DNA from: a virus
Taxonomy: Duplodnaviria > Caudoviricetes
Reading direction: 5' to 3' (one strand)
DNA length: 54,356 nt
IMG/VR virus record: IMGVR_UViG_3300035670_000272
Coordinates: 1-54,356 of that record
The translations under genes were made by a program, and so were the position numbers. Below the pieces are notes generated by a model. It saw only the letters and a program-made list of their open reading frames with translations, did not search any database and was not told the DNA's origin. Positions 18,858-28,489 of this stretch are shown here, in pieces (position 1 is the stretch's first letter; every line of letters begins with the position of its first letter).

Positions 18858-18882
18858 TCCGGATACTGACAACTGAATAGCG

Positions 18883-18922
18883 CGGAGCGGGGTCATCCAC
18901 AAAGTTGGGTGGCCCCGTTTCG
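18883..18922 (+). terminator. Hairpin terminator after the major capsid gene
   Basis: CGGAGCGGGGTCATCCA-CAAAGT-TGGGTGGCCCCGTTTCG (with G-U pairs). Confidence 0.7.
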
Positions 18923-18970
18923 GCACATTAGGGGCAATCGCGATTACACTTGGGGACGGGAGGTTGCCGC

Positions 18971-19384
18971 ATGACTTGGAGTTATTCGGGTGACCCTGGC
19001 GCATCGGACCTGGACCATATCCGGTTTCTGATCCAGGACACTGACACAACTGAGCAACTGTTCAGTAACGAGGAATTGACGTTCCTGTTCAATCAGTACG
19101 GGGATGCCTATTCTGCCGCTATCGCTGCCGTGACGACGCTGATCGCTAAGGGTTCGCGCGTTGCTGAGGAGTCGAAGACTGTCGGCGACCTGTCCCTGTC
19201 GGTGAAGTCGGGCGCTCTCGTCACGCAATGGGAAGCCCTGCTGAAGTACCTGAAGGCGGAACGGTTCCGTTACGCTCCTGCGTCGCCGATCATTAACACG
19301 AACGCGATCGTGCCTACTGTCGAACGGGTCGAGGAGGATGAGTCCACAGACTTCGTGATCGGGCAGATGGATAACCGCACATGA
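18971..19384 (+). CDS. Head-to-tail adaptor
   Basis: MTWSYSGDP...IRFLIQDTD...SNEEL; GGAGG RBS. Confidence 0.75.
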   Translation: MTWSYSGDPGASDLDHIRFLIQDTDTTEQLFSNEELTFLFNQYGDAYSAAIAAVTTLIAKGSRVAEESKTVGDLSLSVKSGALVTQWEALLKYLKAERFRYAPASPIINTNAIVPTVERVEEDESTDFVIGQMDNRT

Positions 19385-19728
19385 GTATCGAGCGGAACTT
19401 CCGCGAACTGTTCTCGCAGACCGTGACGCTGTTCGCTCCACCGGCCTCGGGTTCGATCGACAAGTACGGTAAGCGTTCATTCACCGCGTCGGCGTCGGTA
19501 TCGGCTTGCGCCCATTACGTGAGCGAGACCATGTTGCGGCGCACCGCTGATGGCCGCGAGGTTGTCGAGGACGGGCGCTTCTACCTGTACGGGATCTATC
19601 CGGTCACGACGGACTACAAGATCCGGCTCGACGACGGCTCGGAGCCGATCATCGTCGCGGTCGATACGCCATACGATCAGAACGGCGCGCACCATACAGT
19701 CGTTCACGTGGGAGGTCAGGTCCGATGA
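19381..19728 (+). CDS. Head-tail connector/stopper
   Basis: Position and size; DKYG motif. Confidence 0.6.
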   Translation: MSIERNFRELFSQTVTLFAPPASGSIDKYGKRSFTASASVSACAHYVSETMLRRTADGREVVEDGRFYLYGIYPVTTDYKIRLDDGSEPIIVAVDTPYDQNGAHHTVVHVGGQVR

Positions 19729-20141
19729 AGGGCGGCATCGAACTCAAAGGCATGAAGAAACTCATCGAGATAACGGAACGTGTCGATGGTGGCGAGCAGA
19801 TCCTCGCGCAAGCGATGTACGCCGAGGCGACGACAATCCTGAACGAGTCGAAGAAGATCGTGCCTGTCGCGACCGGCAACTTGCGCGCTTCCGGCAGGGT
19901 CGAGCGCCCCGTCACCGGGAAGGGTCGCGCGTCTGTCGAGATCACTTACGGAGGCGCTGCCGCCCCGTACGCGCTCATTGTGCATGAGGTACCGCCGAAT
20001 AGCGGTGGCCGCTGGGGTACTGGCCTGACGCACGCCGCCGGGAAGTCCTACAAGTATCTGGAGATCCCGGTGATGGCGCACAAGGACAAGTTCGTCGATG
20101 GCGTGCGTGGCCGCGTGAACGACATGCTAGAAGGTGAATGA
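19725..20141 (+). CDS. Neck protein (HK97 gp10-like)
   Basis: VPVATGNLRAS, YALIVHE, KYLE. Confidence 0.75.
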   Translation: MKGGIELKGMKKLIEITERVDGGEQILAQAMYAEATTILNESKKIVPVATGNLRASGRVERPVTGKGRASVEITYGGAAAPYALIVHEVPPNSGGRWGTGLTHAAGKSYKYLEIPVMAHKDKFVDGVRGRVNDMLEGE

Positions 20142-20533
20142 TGCTGGAAGCGTTAGCGGATAAGTTGCAGGCTGCGAGCATCGCGACCGCAGGCGTCGAT
20201 ATGTTCATCGGGCTCATGCCGAGTTCCCCCGATGTGTGCGTTGCCCTGTATGAGTATGCGGGTGAGCAGCCTCTCGAAGTGCTGCGCGATAACGACGCGA
20301 CGCTGGAGCGGCCTAGCGTTCAGGTGATGGCTCGCGCTTCCCGCAACGATTATCCGACCGCGCGCGCGCTCATCGAGAGTGTTCGCGACAGTCTTACGGA
20401 CATAACGGATGAGACTATTTCCGGTGTCCGGTTCCTGCGGGTCAACCAGAACTCCTCGATCAACGCTGTTGGTACGGACGAGAACGACAGGCCACTATTC
20501 ACGCTGTCTCTCTTGACGGTTGTGGAGCGTTGA
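20138..20533 (+). CDS. Tail terminator / minor capsid protein
   Basis: PSVQV..R, GTDENDRP.F motifs; position. Confidence 0.7.
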   Translation: MMLEALADKLQAASIATAGVDMFIGLMPSSPDVCVALYEYAGEQPLEVLRDNDATLERPSVQVMARASRNDYPTARALIESVRDSLTDITDETISGVRFLRVNQNSSINAVGTDENDRPLFTLSLLTVVER

Positions 20534-20670
20534 TGGACCCGTACGGGCGTGGCGCTGTTACGATTGAGCGTCCGAGGTGCTGGAGGTGCAACAAGTTACT
20601 CGCTGAACAGGTGACCGCTCCGTGGCGGATCACATGCCCCCGCTGCAAGGCGGCGAACCAGCAGGAGTGA
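20533..20670 (+). CDS. Com-like zinc-ribbon protein (45 aa, not in ORF track)
   Basis: RCWRCNKLLAE...ITCPRCKAAN; TGATG overlap. Confidence 0.7.
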   Translation: MDPYGRGAVTIERPRCWRCNKLLAEQVTAPWRITCPRCKAANQQE

Positions 20671-20671
20671 G

Positions 20672-21838
20672 ATGAGCCTGAAGGACGAGTTCACGAAACA
20701 GATCCAGGCGGCAGAAGAACTAACGGCAAGGAAGCGCAAGTGGGTACCGGGTGTCGAATGGCTCGGTTCCGAGGGGACCGTCACTACTGACGCTGTTCAA
20801 GGCGAACCGGAATGGGACCATATCCTCCGGGCTTGGGACCTTGATCCAAACGAGTTTCAGATCGTTGAGCCTGTCCTGTTCAACTCTTGGGGCGGCGAAG
20901 ACGGCCTAACGAACCGCCAGTTCAAGGCGAAGGTGATTCGGCGCGTTCACGCTATCGCCGATATCGAACCGCTGATAGCAGATGCCATGAAGCATAAGCC
21001 AAAGCGTAAGACATACGACGGGACCGCAACGTTCAACGCGGTTCTCGCGGACTGGCAGATCGGTAAGGCTGACGGCGACGGGCTGGAAGGTACGATCCGG
21101 CGAGTCATCGACTGCCGTGATGCCCTCGTTCAGCGGGTGAAGGAACTACGGAAGATCGGTCGCCCCGTCGCGCACCTGAACGTCCTCTGGACTGGCGACA
21201 GCATCGAGGGTTGCTTCGGGCATTACGCATCGCAGACTTTCTCTGTCGAGTTGAACCGTAGAGACCAAGTGAAGGTCACCCGTCGCCTACTCACGGACAC
21301 GCTTCAGGCTTGGGCACCGCACTTCGAGAGCATCACGGTCGCGGCGGTCGGCGGTAACCACGGCGAGCACCGTAATGGCAAGGGCAAGATGTTCACCGGC
21401 ATCGACGACAACGATGATCTGGCTATCGTCGAACAGGTGTCCGAGATCCTCGCCGCGAACGAGGCAGCATACGGGCATATCCGTTTCGTTATAGCGCGGG
21501 ACACCCTCACTTGTACTATCCCATCTGCAGGTTGGATATTGGGCATCACGCATGGTCACGTGTCGCGCAACGGCGCGAACGCTGAAGGTAAGTTGCGTTC
21601 GTGGTGGGAGAAGCAGGCAGCGGGTAAGCAGCCGATCGGTGACGCGGACATCCTCATCTCCGGTCACTATCATCATTTCCGCGTCGCTGACTGGGGCGGG
21701 TGTGTCTGGATGCAGTCTCCTGCGTTGGACGGTGGTAGTGATTGGTGGCGGACGTATGCCGGTGAGGTCTCGGAACCGGGTATGCTCACTTTCGTAACGA
21801 CAGAAGAGCAGAGGGTCGGGGACATAGCGATACTGTGA
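20672..21838 (+). CDS. Calcineurin-like metallophosphoesterase (MRE11-like)
   Basis: DWQIG, GDSIEG, GNHG, HGH, GHYHH. Confidence 0.85.
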   Translation: MSLKDEFTKQIQAAEELTARKRKWVPGVEWLGSEGTVTTDAVQGEPEWDHILRAWDLDPNEFQIVEPVLFNSWGGEDGLTNRQFKAKVIRRVHAIADIEPLIADAMKHKPKRKTYDGTATFNAVLADWQIGKADGDGLEGTIRRVIDCRDALVQRVKELRKIGRPVAHLNVLWTGDSIEGCFGHYASQTFSVELNRRDQVKVTRRLLTDTLQAWAPHFESITVAAVGGNHGEHRNGKGKMFTGIDDNDDLAIVEQVSEILAANEAAYGHIRFVIARDTLTCTIPSAGWILGITHGHVSRNGANAEGKLRSWWEKQAAGKQPIGDADILISGHYHHFRVADWGGCVWMQSPALDGGSDWWRTYAGEVSEPGMLTFVTTEEQRVGDIAIL

Positions 21839-21847
21839 GGGGACCGC

Positions 21848-22123
21848 ATGGACATCGTTGAGGAACGCGCCAAGAGTTACGGCGACCCTGCCGAGAACAT
21901 CACGCGCATCGCGGCGCTCTGGTCTGCCTATTTGGGTGTCGAGATCTACGCGCACGATGTGGCCTGGATGATGGTGATGCTGAAGGCTAGCCGGTCGAAG
22001 AATGATCCCGCGAACTTGGACAATTACGAGGACGGGCACGGCTATGTCGAGATCGCCGAGCGTCTGCGCTTCCACGAGAAGTTGCAGATGATCGCGCACC
22101 GGAGGAAGGACACGTTGCTGTGA
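21848..22123 (+). CDS. DUF6378-like protein
   Basis: ERAKSYGDP.EN..RIA.LWS.YL...DVA.MM..LK..R...DN..D..GY. Confidence 0.75.
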   Translation: MDIVEERAKSYGDPAENITRIAALWSAYLGVEIYAHDVAWMMVMLKASRSKNDPANLDNYEDGHGYVEIAERLRFHEKLQMIAHRRKDTLL

Positions 22124-22255
22124 TCTGCCCATCGTGCAAACTCGGCGGAGAGATCAACCGCGAAGGCAACCCCGAACTCGCGACGCGTTACCACGAGAAG
22201 TGTCAATGGCCGAATAAGGGCTGTTTCTGCCAGCATGCGGTAGGCGATCACGGGT

Positions 22256-23311
22256 ATGTCGGATCTTAGCGTCGCGTTCATCAGCGGTGACTGGAACAAT
22301 CAGTCAGATCCGCCAGAACCTAACGGATGCGCCTACTATCGCCAGGTGCTCCCCTGCCAACTGCTTCAGGAGCAGGGTATCGACGCGCTGGTGGGGCAGC
22401 CGCGACCGCACGAACCGATGGGCATTGGTCTCGCCAAGGACGACGGCGCGTTATTCGGGTTCGACATTAACGTCTACAAACTCATGATGCACGCGAGCGT
22501 CCCACAACTGTTCCGTACGATGCAGTCGAAAGGCCAGACGGTCGCTATCGACATTGACGACTTTCATTTCGATCTGCATGAAGAGAACATCGCGTATGCG
22601 GCGACGAACCCACACACCAACCCGACTAATAACAGGATGTGGTACGAGATCGGGATTCGGCAGGCCGACTTCATCACCGTATCGACCGCGTTCCTAGCAG
22701 ACTTCTATGGTCGGCGCTGCCGCGATGTACGCCTCGTCAGGAACGCCGTCGAGACTGACCGCTTCATGCCGGTCGAGCAGCCAGAGTCGCCGACGTTCGG
22801 GTGGCTCGGCGGGACACTCTGGCGTTCTGGCGATATCGAGTTGCTGAACGAGTGGCTGCCGGGCTTCGTGAAACAACACAAGATCAAGGTCCAGCACGCC
22901 GGGCACATCCCCGGCGACCCTAAGCACTTCGCCGTACGCGCGGGGTTGAAGCGTGTCGAGACGACGCCGATGCAGACGATCAGTAACGTGCCGAAGATGA
23001 TGACGTTCCATGTCGGGCTAGTCCCGCTCGCCCGTAACGGCTTCAATGAGGCTAAGAGTTACCTGAAGGGTCTGGAGTACGCGGCTGCTGGCATCCCGTT
23101 CATTGCTACCCCGACAGAGGAATACAGGGTCCTAGCGGCTGCGGGAGTCGGGAGGCTGGCGTCGTCCCCGGATGAGTGGATTGACCACGCTACGGCGCTC
23201 CTAGACCCGTCTACGCGCATCGCAGAGGCCGAACGGAACCGGGCCATCGTCAAGGAGCAGTTCGATATCTCGGGAATGGGGCAGGTATGGGCTACCGCGA
23301 TCACTTCCTGA
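22256..23311 (+). CDS. Glycosyltransferase (GT-B, GT4-like)
   Basis: DIDDFHF, GLVPL...FNEAKSYLKGLEYAAAGIP. Confidence 0.85.
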   Translation: MSDLSVAFISGDWNNQSDPPEPNGCAYYRQVLPCQLLQEQGIDALVGQPRPHEPMGIGLAKDDGALFGFDINVYKLMMHASVPQLFRTMQSKGQTVAIDIDDFHFDLHEENIAYAATNPHTNPTNNRMWYEIGIRQADFITVSTAFLADFYGRRCRDVRLVRNAVETDRFMPVEQPESPTFGWLGGTLWRSGDIELLNEWLPGFVKQHKIKVQHAGHIPGDPKHFAVRAGLKRVETTPMQTISNVPKMMTFHVGLVPLARNGFNEAKSYLKGLEYAAAGIPFIATPTEEYRVLAAAGVGRLASSPDEWIDHATALLDPSTRIAEAERNRAIVKEQFDISGMGQVWATAITS

Positions 23312-23892
23312 ATCACGCAGGCTGCATAGCCGCGCAGAACGAAGCGACCCTGCACGCGTTCGACCGCACTATCCCGCCGCGACCAATCGCCATGTTACTC
23401 ATCGGTATCGGTAACGGTGGCGTTGTAGAGATCTGGCGCAACACACTCACCGAAGGATCGACCGTTACGGCACTCGACAGTAACCCGGATGCCGTCGCGG
23501 TCCCCGGCCTAGGCGTTATCGGATGCGATACGACAAACCGTGACGAGGTTCGGGAGACGCTGAAGGGCCAATGGTACGACGCAGTCATTGACAGCACCGG
23601 CACGATGCAGCCTTATGCGTGGCCTTTCCTCCGACCAGGCGGAGTTCTCATTTATGAATCCTACAATCCTGAAATGATAATGATGCTGGCTCGCGATCTC
23701 GCGTTAGGTGATGATTCGTGGCTGCCTATCGAAGAGGTCATGCGCATCGACATCTACCAGTCCTGCGCCGTTATCGAGAAGCGGAACCCTCGCGTCGTCC
23801 CATACCTGAACGTACTGACGGGTAACTTCGCTGAGGTCGTGCCGGAATCGGAACTGATCGCGGCTGGCTGCAAGCGCGTCATACCCGCGTAA
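23287..23892 (+). CDS. SAM-dependent methyltransferase-like protein (degenerate)
   Basis: LLIGIGNGG, YDAVIDS, LRPGGVLIYE. Confidence 0.55.
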   Translation: MGYRDHFLNHAGCIAAQNEATLHAFDRTIPPRPIAMLLIGIGNGGVVEIWRNTLTEGSTVTALDSNPDAVAVPGLGVIGCDTTNRDEVRETLKGQWYDAVIDSTGTMQPYAWPFLRPGGVLIYESYNPEMIMMLARDLALGDDSWLPIEEVMRIDIYQSCAVIEKRNPRVVPYLNVLTGNFAEVVPESELIAAGCKRVIPA

Positions 23893-23901
23893 ACTAGAGC
23901 C

Positions 23902-24441
23902 ATGGCGAACTACTGGCGTAAGCGTGCCTATCAGGAATCTGCGACGGATGCTGATGGGTTGGCGAAGCGTGGCCTCGTCTTCCTTATGTCGGAGTTCTTC
24001 AACATCGCCGGCAACGGCTCCGTGTATTTCGCTCTCGACACTAACGGTAAGGAAGTTGAGTTTCAGTTCTACGACATATCTACAGACCAGGCCGAGGTTC
24101 AGGCTACGTTGATTGAGGCTCCCGCCAGCGTTACACAGTTCAATTACATTACGCCGAGGAATCTGAACCGGAACTTCCCCGACAACGCGACCGCTTCTCT
24201 GTCGGCTGCGAGTGCGGTCTCTGGCGGCACCGCGATCGCGACAGAACTGATCGGTAACACATCGAAGGCTGGTGGTGATGTGTCGTCGCGGAAGGTGCAC
24301 ACCCTGAAGAATGGCACCGTGTATGTGATGCAGTTCGTGAACGTTATCAACCAGGCTGGTATCTGCCACATGAACCTGGGATGGTCGGAGGCGGACCCGC
24401 AGCCTTACCGCCTCGTCGATCCGGTCGACCCTACCGGCTAG
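23902..24441 (+). CDS. Hypothetical protein
   Basis: 179-aa ORF with a leaderless-style start. Confidence 0.6.
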   Translation: MANYWRKRAYQESATDADGLAKRGLVFLMSEFFNIAGNGSVYFALDTNGKEVEFQFYDISTDQAEVQATLIEAPASVTQFNYITPRNLNRNFPDNATASLSAASAVSGGTAIATELIGNTSKAGGDVSSRKVHTLKNGTVYVMQFVNVINQAGICHMNLGWSEADPQPYRLVDPVDPTG

Positions 24442-24811
24442 TAATCTTGGACTCGTTCCAAGGGCAGTAGGTCAGGATAGCGGCGGCGATGATCGCGGCT
24501 GCCTCCTCCTGCGTGAAGCCGGAGTCGATGGCGACGCTCATGATCGTGATGACATCGTAGCCTTGATCGAGCGTTGAGCAGACAGTCTTCCCTACCTCGA
24601 TACTGGTCTCGTCAGTAGCGTAGATCCCCTTCGAGCGAAGGAACTCCAGGTAGGTCTGGTCGTCCCCGCGCGGCGGCTCCGCTCGCGTCGGCTCTGGGCG
24701 CGGCTCTGGGGCTTCCTGCGTGACCGTGACGGTCGTTTCCGGGGCGGCGGCAGGAACGGCACACCCCGCCAGGAATAACGCGGCACAGGCCGCGACAGCG
24801 ATTCTCTTCAT
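24431..24811 (-). CDS. Lipoprotein with DUF732-like domain
   Basis: MKR signal peptide plus lipobox LAGC, Pro/Thr linker, G..VC..L..G...YCP. Confidence 0.75.
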   Translation of the reverse strand: MKRIAVAACAALFLAGCAVPAAAPETTVTVTQEAPEPRPEPTRAEPPRGDDQTYLEFLRSKGIYATDETSIEVGKTVCSTLDQGYDVITIMSVAIDSGFTQEEAAAIIAAAILTYCPWNESKITSR

Positions 24812-24825
24812 TGTTCCCCCATTCA

Positions 24826-25839
24826 TTAGATAGCCAGCCACTCGGGATGAGCCAGCGTCCACTTGATCGTTCTCTCCAAAGACTCTTCCAGCGACAGCGG
24901 GGCCGACCACCCAGCGGCGGCAATCTTCGACCCATCCAGCGCGTAACGCAGATCGTGTCCCGGGCGCGACGAGTGAAAGTCCACCAGTTCGTAACGCAGA
25001 GGCTTACCGATGTAGGCGGCGATCAACTCCGCCATCTCTAGGTTGCTCATCTCCCGTTCCCCCACGACATGCCACTTCGCGGGAGCACGCCGCTCCGCAT
25101 ACGTCGGCGCATCCTCACCCAACGCGAACAGCAACGCGTCCGCTTGATTCCGCGCGTGCAGGTAGAACCGGGAACCAACATGACCCGTAGCCGAAGCATG
25201 AATCGGGACAGTCTCCCCAGCGAGAATCCGCTTCATCACCATCGGCACAAACTTCTCAGGGTCCTGCGACTCCCCAATAATGTTCATCGTGTTCGTGATA
25301 ATCACCGGCACCCCATAGGTACGCCAGTACGAGTAAGCGATCGACTCCTGAGCAGCCTTACTAGCCGAATAAGGATTCGACGGGTAATACTGATCGACCC
25401 ATTCCCGGTGAGCAGTACCCGCAGGAGCAGGCCCATACACCTCATCCGTCGAAACATGCAGGAACCGCTCAACCGGGTAAGACCGCGCATAGTCCAGCAT
25501 GTTCGTCACAAGAGCAACGTTATTCTGGATGAACGCGGCAGGCTCCGCGATACTCCGATCCACGTGCGACTCAGATGCCACATTCAGGACGTAGTCGATA
25601 CCGCCTATCTCCGATGCCAGGACAGGGGACACAGGAGCGGTCAAGTCGTGAGTGATAACACGCGTCCGCGTGTAGGACCCATCCACGCCACCAACCGCCA
25701 GCCGAATCCGGTCCGTAAGCCCACGGTGGCGGAAACTCACGAGGCAGACTACCTCGTAGTCTGTCGTGGTGAGTAGGTGCCGCAGGACATGGGAGCCTAC
25801 GAAGCCGCTCGCCCCGGTGAGGAGGACACGCTTGCTCAT
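24826..25839 (-). CDS. rmlB: dTDP-glucose 4,6-dehydratase
   Basis: ASESHVDRSI, HVSTDEVYG, PYSASKA, RPGHDLRYALD. Confidence 0.85.
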   Translation of the reverse strand: MSKRVLLTGASGFVGSHVLRHLLTTTDYEVVCLVSFRHRGLTDRIRLAVGGVDGSYTRTRVITHDLTAPVSPVLASEIGGIDYVLNVASESHVDRSIAEPAAFIQNNVALVTNMLDYARSYPVERFLHVSTDEVYGPAPAGTAHREWVDQYYPSNPYSASKAAQESIAYSYWRTYGVPVIITNTMNIIGESQDPEKFVPMVMKRILAGETVPIHASATGHVGSRFYLHARNQADALLFALGEDAPTYAERRAPAKWHVVGEREMSNLEMAELIAAYIGKPLRYELVDFHSSRPGHDLRYALDGSKIAAAGWSAPLSLEESLERTIKWTLAHPEWLAI

Positions 25840-25840
25840 G

Positions 25841-27409
25841 TCAGATCCATCCACTCGTCTGAGTAATGCTCAGCGGAGGCGCGAGCATCGGTTCTTTACT
25901 TGGTGGCTCGAATAACGCCAACAGTATCGCCTCGGCACGGTCAGGGCTGCTAACGCCACGCCGCTTCATATCGGCTTTCGCTTCGATCTGGATGCGTCCG
26001 CTGCTGTTGGAACGGTACGTGGGTGCCGTCAGTTGCGCGATCTCCTTCTTGCCTACCGCGAGCGACAACTCTTGCCTGCCGTCTTCGTCTGGCTGGATGA
26101 GCGTGCGCATGTTCCACCACATCTCGGCACGCTGATTAGCGAACTTGCCGTTATCGTACGCGCGTTCGGCCACGTTCACGGCGACGATCTCTGCGTTATG
26201 CCGGGACTCCTTGCCCCATTCGTCGAGGATGCTGGCGACGCCCCAGCCGACGCCGATGCTGTCGATCTTCACACGTACGGCTTCCTGTACGCCGTGGAGC
26301 GCGTGGTACTCCTGCGCTTTGTGGATCTCGCTGAGTACCTGACCGGCGACCGTGACCGCGTTATCGTTATGGCTGGATGCGTGTTGCACATACGCGCACA
26401 TGCCGTCTGCTCGCGCGATCACGAACTCGTCTCCGCCATCTGCCGCGACATCGACCCCGATACGGACGCGCCCGACCCCTGCCGGTTCTGCGACTACGGC
26501 GGATTCCAGCCAGTCGATAGGCAGCGTGACGTTCGTGGTGGTGCGCGGGAAGCGCGCGTGAACGCGTGCCTGAACGAACGGGGACTCCGCACCGAACTCG
26601 CGGATAACGTCCCGCACCCAGGTCTCGTCAACCAGGTTCTTGGCCCAATCCCCCACGGGCTCGCCTGTGAAGTTGGGTGTGGAGTAGGCGTCGATGGGGA
26701 TGGTGTTGTAGAGATCGCTGTTGCAGGCTCTCTCGAACCATGACCCGACGTTATCTGTCGGAGGGTTACCGAGCAGTAGCAGACGAGTGTGCCCACCGGT
26801 CATCAGCGCTTCGAGAGCGTTACCGATGATGGGGCTGATGCCTCCGGCTTCATCGACGACGATGAGCAGATTGTCTGAGTGGATACCCTGAACCGCTGTC
26901 TCATTATGGTCAGCCGGGGAGAACCCATCGGCGACAACGATGTCGTTGATCTTCCATTCGGTCGTGAGGACTTCGCCGGGAAGATGGTGGGCCGTATGCA
27001 GCCTGCGGATATGGGGCCAGAGGATTCCCCGCACCTGACGGAACGTGGTCGCTGTCGTCACGACACGGACCTTCTCGGCGGGGTGTACGGCGCACCACCA
27101 AGCGATAGCGCGTGCCGCGATGTGTGACTTTCCGGGCGCGTGGCATGCGGGGACGGCTGTGCGCTTATTGTCGCGCACCGAGTTCAGGATCTCTACCTGC
27201 TTGCTCCATACGTCTTCGCCGAGGCCATCGGTCACGAAAGCGACGGGATCGTTGCGGTAGCGCGCCCACTTAGGGTCCACGCCTTCGCGCAGTTCGTTCA
27301 CTAACGCCAGCAGTCCTGCTTCGGACATACGTTCGAGTGTCGCTAACGCTTTCTCCGCTGGTGCGTCACGGAGAATCTGCTCAGGCGTCATCCTCGTCAT
27401 CCGTGTCAT
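25841..27409 (-). CDS. terL: Terminase large subunit
   Basis: Walker A HAPGKS, Walker B LLIVVDEA, LGNP, nuclease IGVDVA and SPDRAEA. Confidence 0.9.
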   Translation of the reverse strand: MTRMTRMTPEQILRDAPAEKALATLERMSEAGLLALVNELREGVDPKWARYRNDPVAFVTDGLGEDVWSKQVEILNSVRDNKRTAVPACHAPGKSHIAARAIAWWCAVHPAEKVRVVTTATTFRQVRGILWPHIRRLHTAHHLPGEVLTTEWKINDIVVADGFSPADHNETAVQGIHSDNLLIVVDEAGGISPIIGNALEALMTGGHTRLLLLGNPPTDNVGSWFERACNSDLYNTIPIDAYSTPNFTGEPVGDWAKNLVDETWVRDVIREFGAESPFVQARVHARFPRTTTNVTLPIDWLESAVVAEPAGVGRVRIGVDVAADGGDEFVIARADGMCAYVQHASSHNDNAVTVAGQVLSEIHKAQEYHALHGVQEAVRVKIDSIGVGWGVASILDEWGKESRHNAEIVAVNVAERAYDNGKFANQRAEMWWNMRTLIQPDEDGRQELSLAVGKKEIAQLTAPTYRSNSSGRIQIEAKADMKRRGVSSPDRAEAILLALFEPPSKEPMLAPPLSITQTSGWI

Positions 27410-27857
27410 TGAACCCTAGGAGACTGCTGATCTCCTCGATCAGTTCGTCGCGTGTCACCTCGACCTGAATCGGTCCGCTGTTCGGTCCCGACAGTTCGGT
27501 TCTGATCTGCCTGCCGAAGTGCTGCGGCGCGGTCCTTTCAAGGAACCATCCTGCGGCCTGCCAGTTCGTCTGCGCGGCCTGCTGAATGATGCCGACGTTA
27601 CGGACGATCGCCGCTGCCCTGGCGGTATCGACCTCTTCGCTGAAGTGCGCGTAACGCTGTTCGGTCTCGTCGAGATCTTCCCCGGCTTCCCGCTTCTGCC
27701 TCGCGGCATCGCCCTTCTTCAACCAGTTGTAGAGCGTCGCCCGTGAGATACCTGCGTAGGTAGCGGCGTGTTCCACGTAGTTGCCGAGACGTAACGCGCC
27801 GATGATCCGGTCGTGTGTCTCGTCGGTGAGCAGAAGCGAAGTACGCTTGCCCGGCAT
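27381..27857 (-). CDS. terS: Terminase small subunit
   Basis: HTH GISRATLYNW, WQAAGWFLER, ELSGPNSGPIQV; adjacent to TerL. Confidence 0.8.
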   Translation of the reverse strand: MPGKRTSLLLTDETHDRIIGALRLGNYVEHAATYAGISRATLYNWLKKGDAARQKREAGEDLDETEQRYAHFSEEVDTARAAAIVRNVGIIQQAAQTNWQAAGWFLERTAPQHFGRQIRTELSGPNSGPIQVEVTRDELIEEISSLLGFNDTDDEDDA

Positions 27858-27903
27858 GACCTCTCCTTGTTCTACGGTTATCGTGAGAGCATAACGTGGA
27901 TCG

Positions 27904-28131
27904 TCACGTATCGCCGCGCGCTACACCGATGGCGTGCGTCGCGGAGATCCAACGATCGGGTCGCTCCCGCTGACCGTCTTCATAGTTGAGCCAGTCCGTC
28001 CTGACGTAACGGCACTCGTCACGCAAGGCCAGATCGTGTATCGCATTAGCGGAATCCTCGCGGCCACGCCGGTAGCCTTCGATCGCTCCGCGCTGGTACG
28101 CCTCGTCTACGAGGTCGTTTATCTCTGTCAT
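27904..28131 (-). CDS. Hypothetical protein
   Basis: MTEINDLVDEAYQRG...; GAGGGG RBS. Confidence 0.5.
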   Translation of the reverse strand: MTEINDLVDEAYQRGAIEGYRRGREDSANAIHDLALRDECRYVRTDWLNYEDGQRERPDRWISATHAIGVARGDT

Positions 28132-28289
28132 GCTGCCCCTCTTCCAATGAACTCCCGCAGACAGGTCTTGTTGCAGAAGTCGAAGATCTCCCCTGTGCCC
28201 TTCATGATTCTCATGGTGCCGACGCTTGCGGTGACGACGTTGTTGCAGGACGCCGCGTGACATCTCAGCGCGGTCTCTTCTCCTGCCAC
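28128..28289 (-). CDS. Small zinc-finger (TRASH-like) protein (not in ORF track)
   Basis: GTG start; CHAASC...FDFCNKTCL. Confidence 0.5.
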   Translation of the reverse strand: MAGEETALRCHAASCNNVVTASVGTMRIMKGTGEIFDFCNKTCLREFIGRGAA

Positions 28290-28489
28290 TCCACAATGAT
28301 TACCCATAGGTAGTCCGCGATCTCCTGGGAACCGGATCGTTCCGTTATCGGAGAGTGTAACGCATACTGTGTTAGTTCTGCGAGTAGTTCGTCCCAGGCT
28401 TCTTTCCGGCCTGCCGCATACGCCGACATACGAACGATGTCGTACTGCGTCGGCGCGCCACTAACGGATGCACTTTCCGGGGAAGGCAT
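28265..28489 (-). CDS. Hypothetical protein
   Basis: C-terminal part of ORF 28265..28582; start uncertain. Confidence 0.4.
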   Translation of the reverse strand: MPSPESASVSGAPTQYDIVRMSAYAAGRKEAWDELLAELTQYALHSPITERSGSQEIADYLWVIIVEWQEKRPR

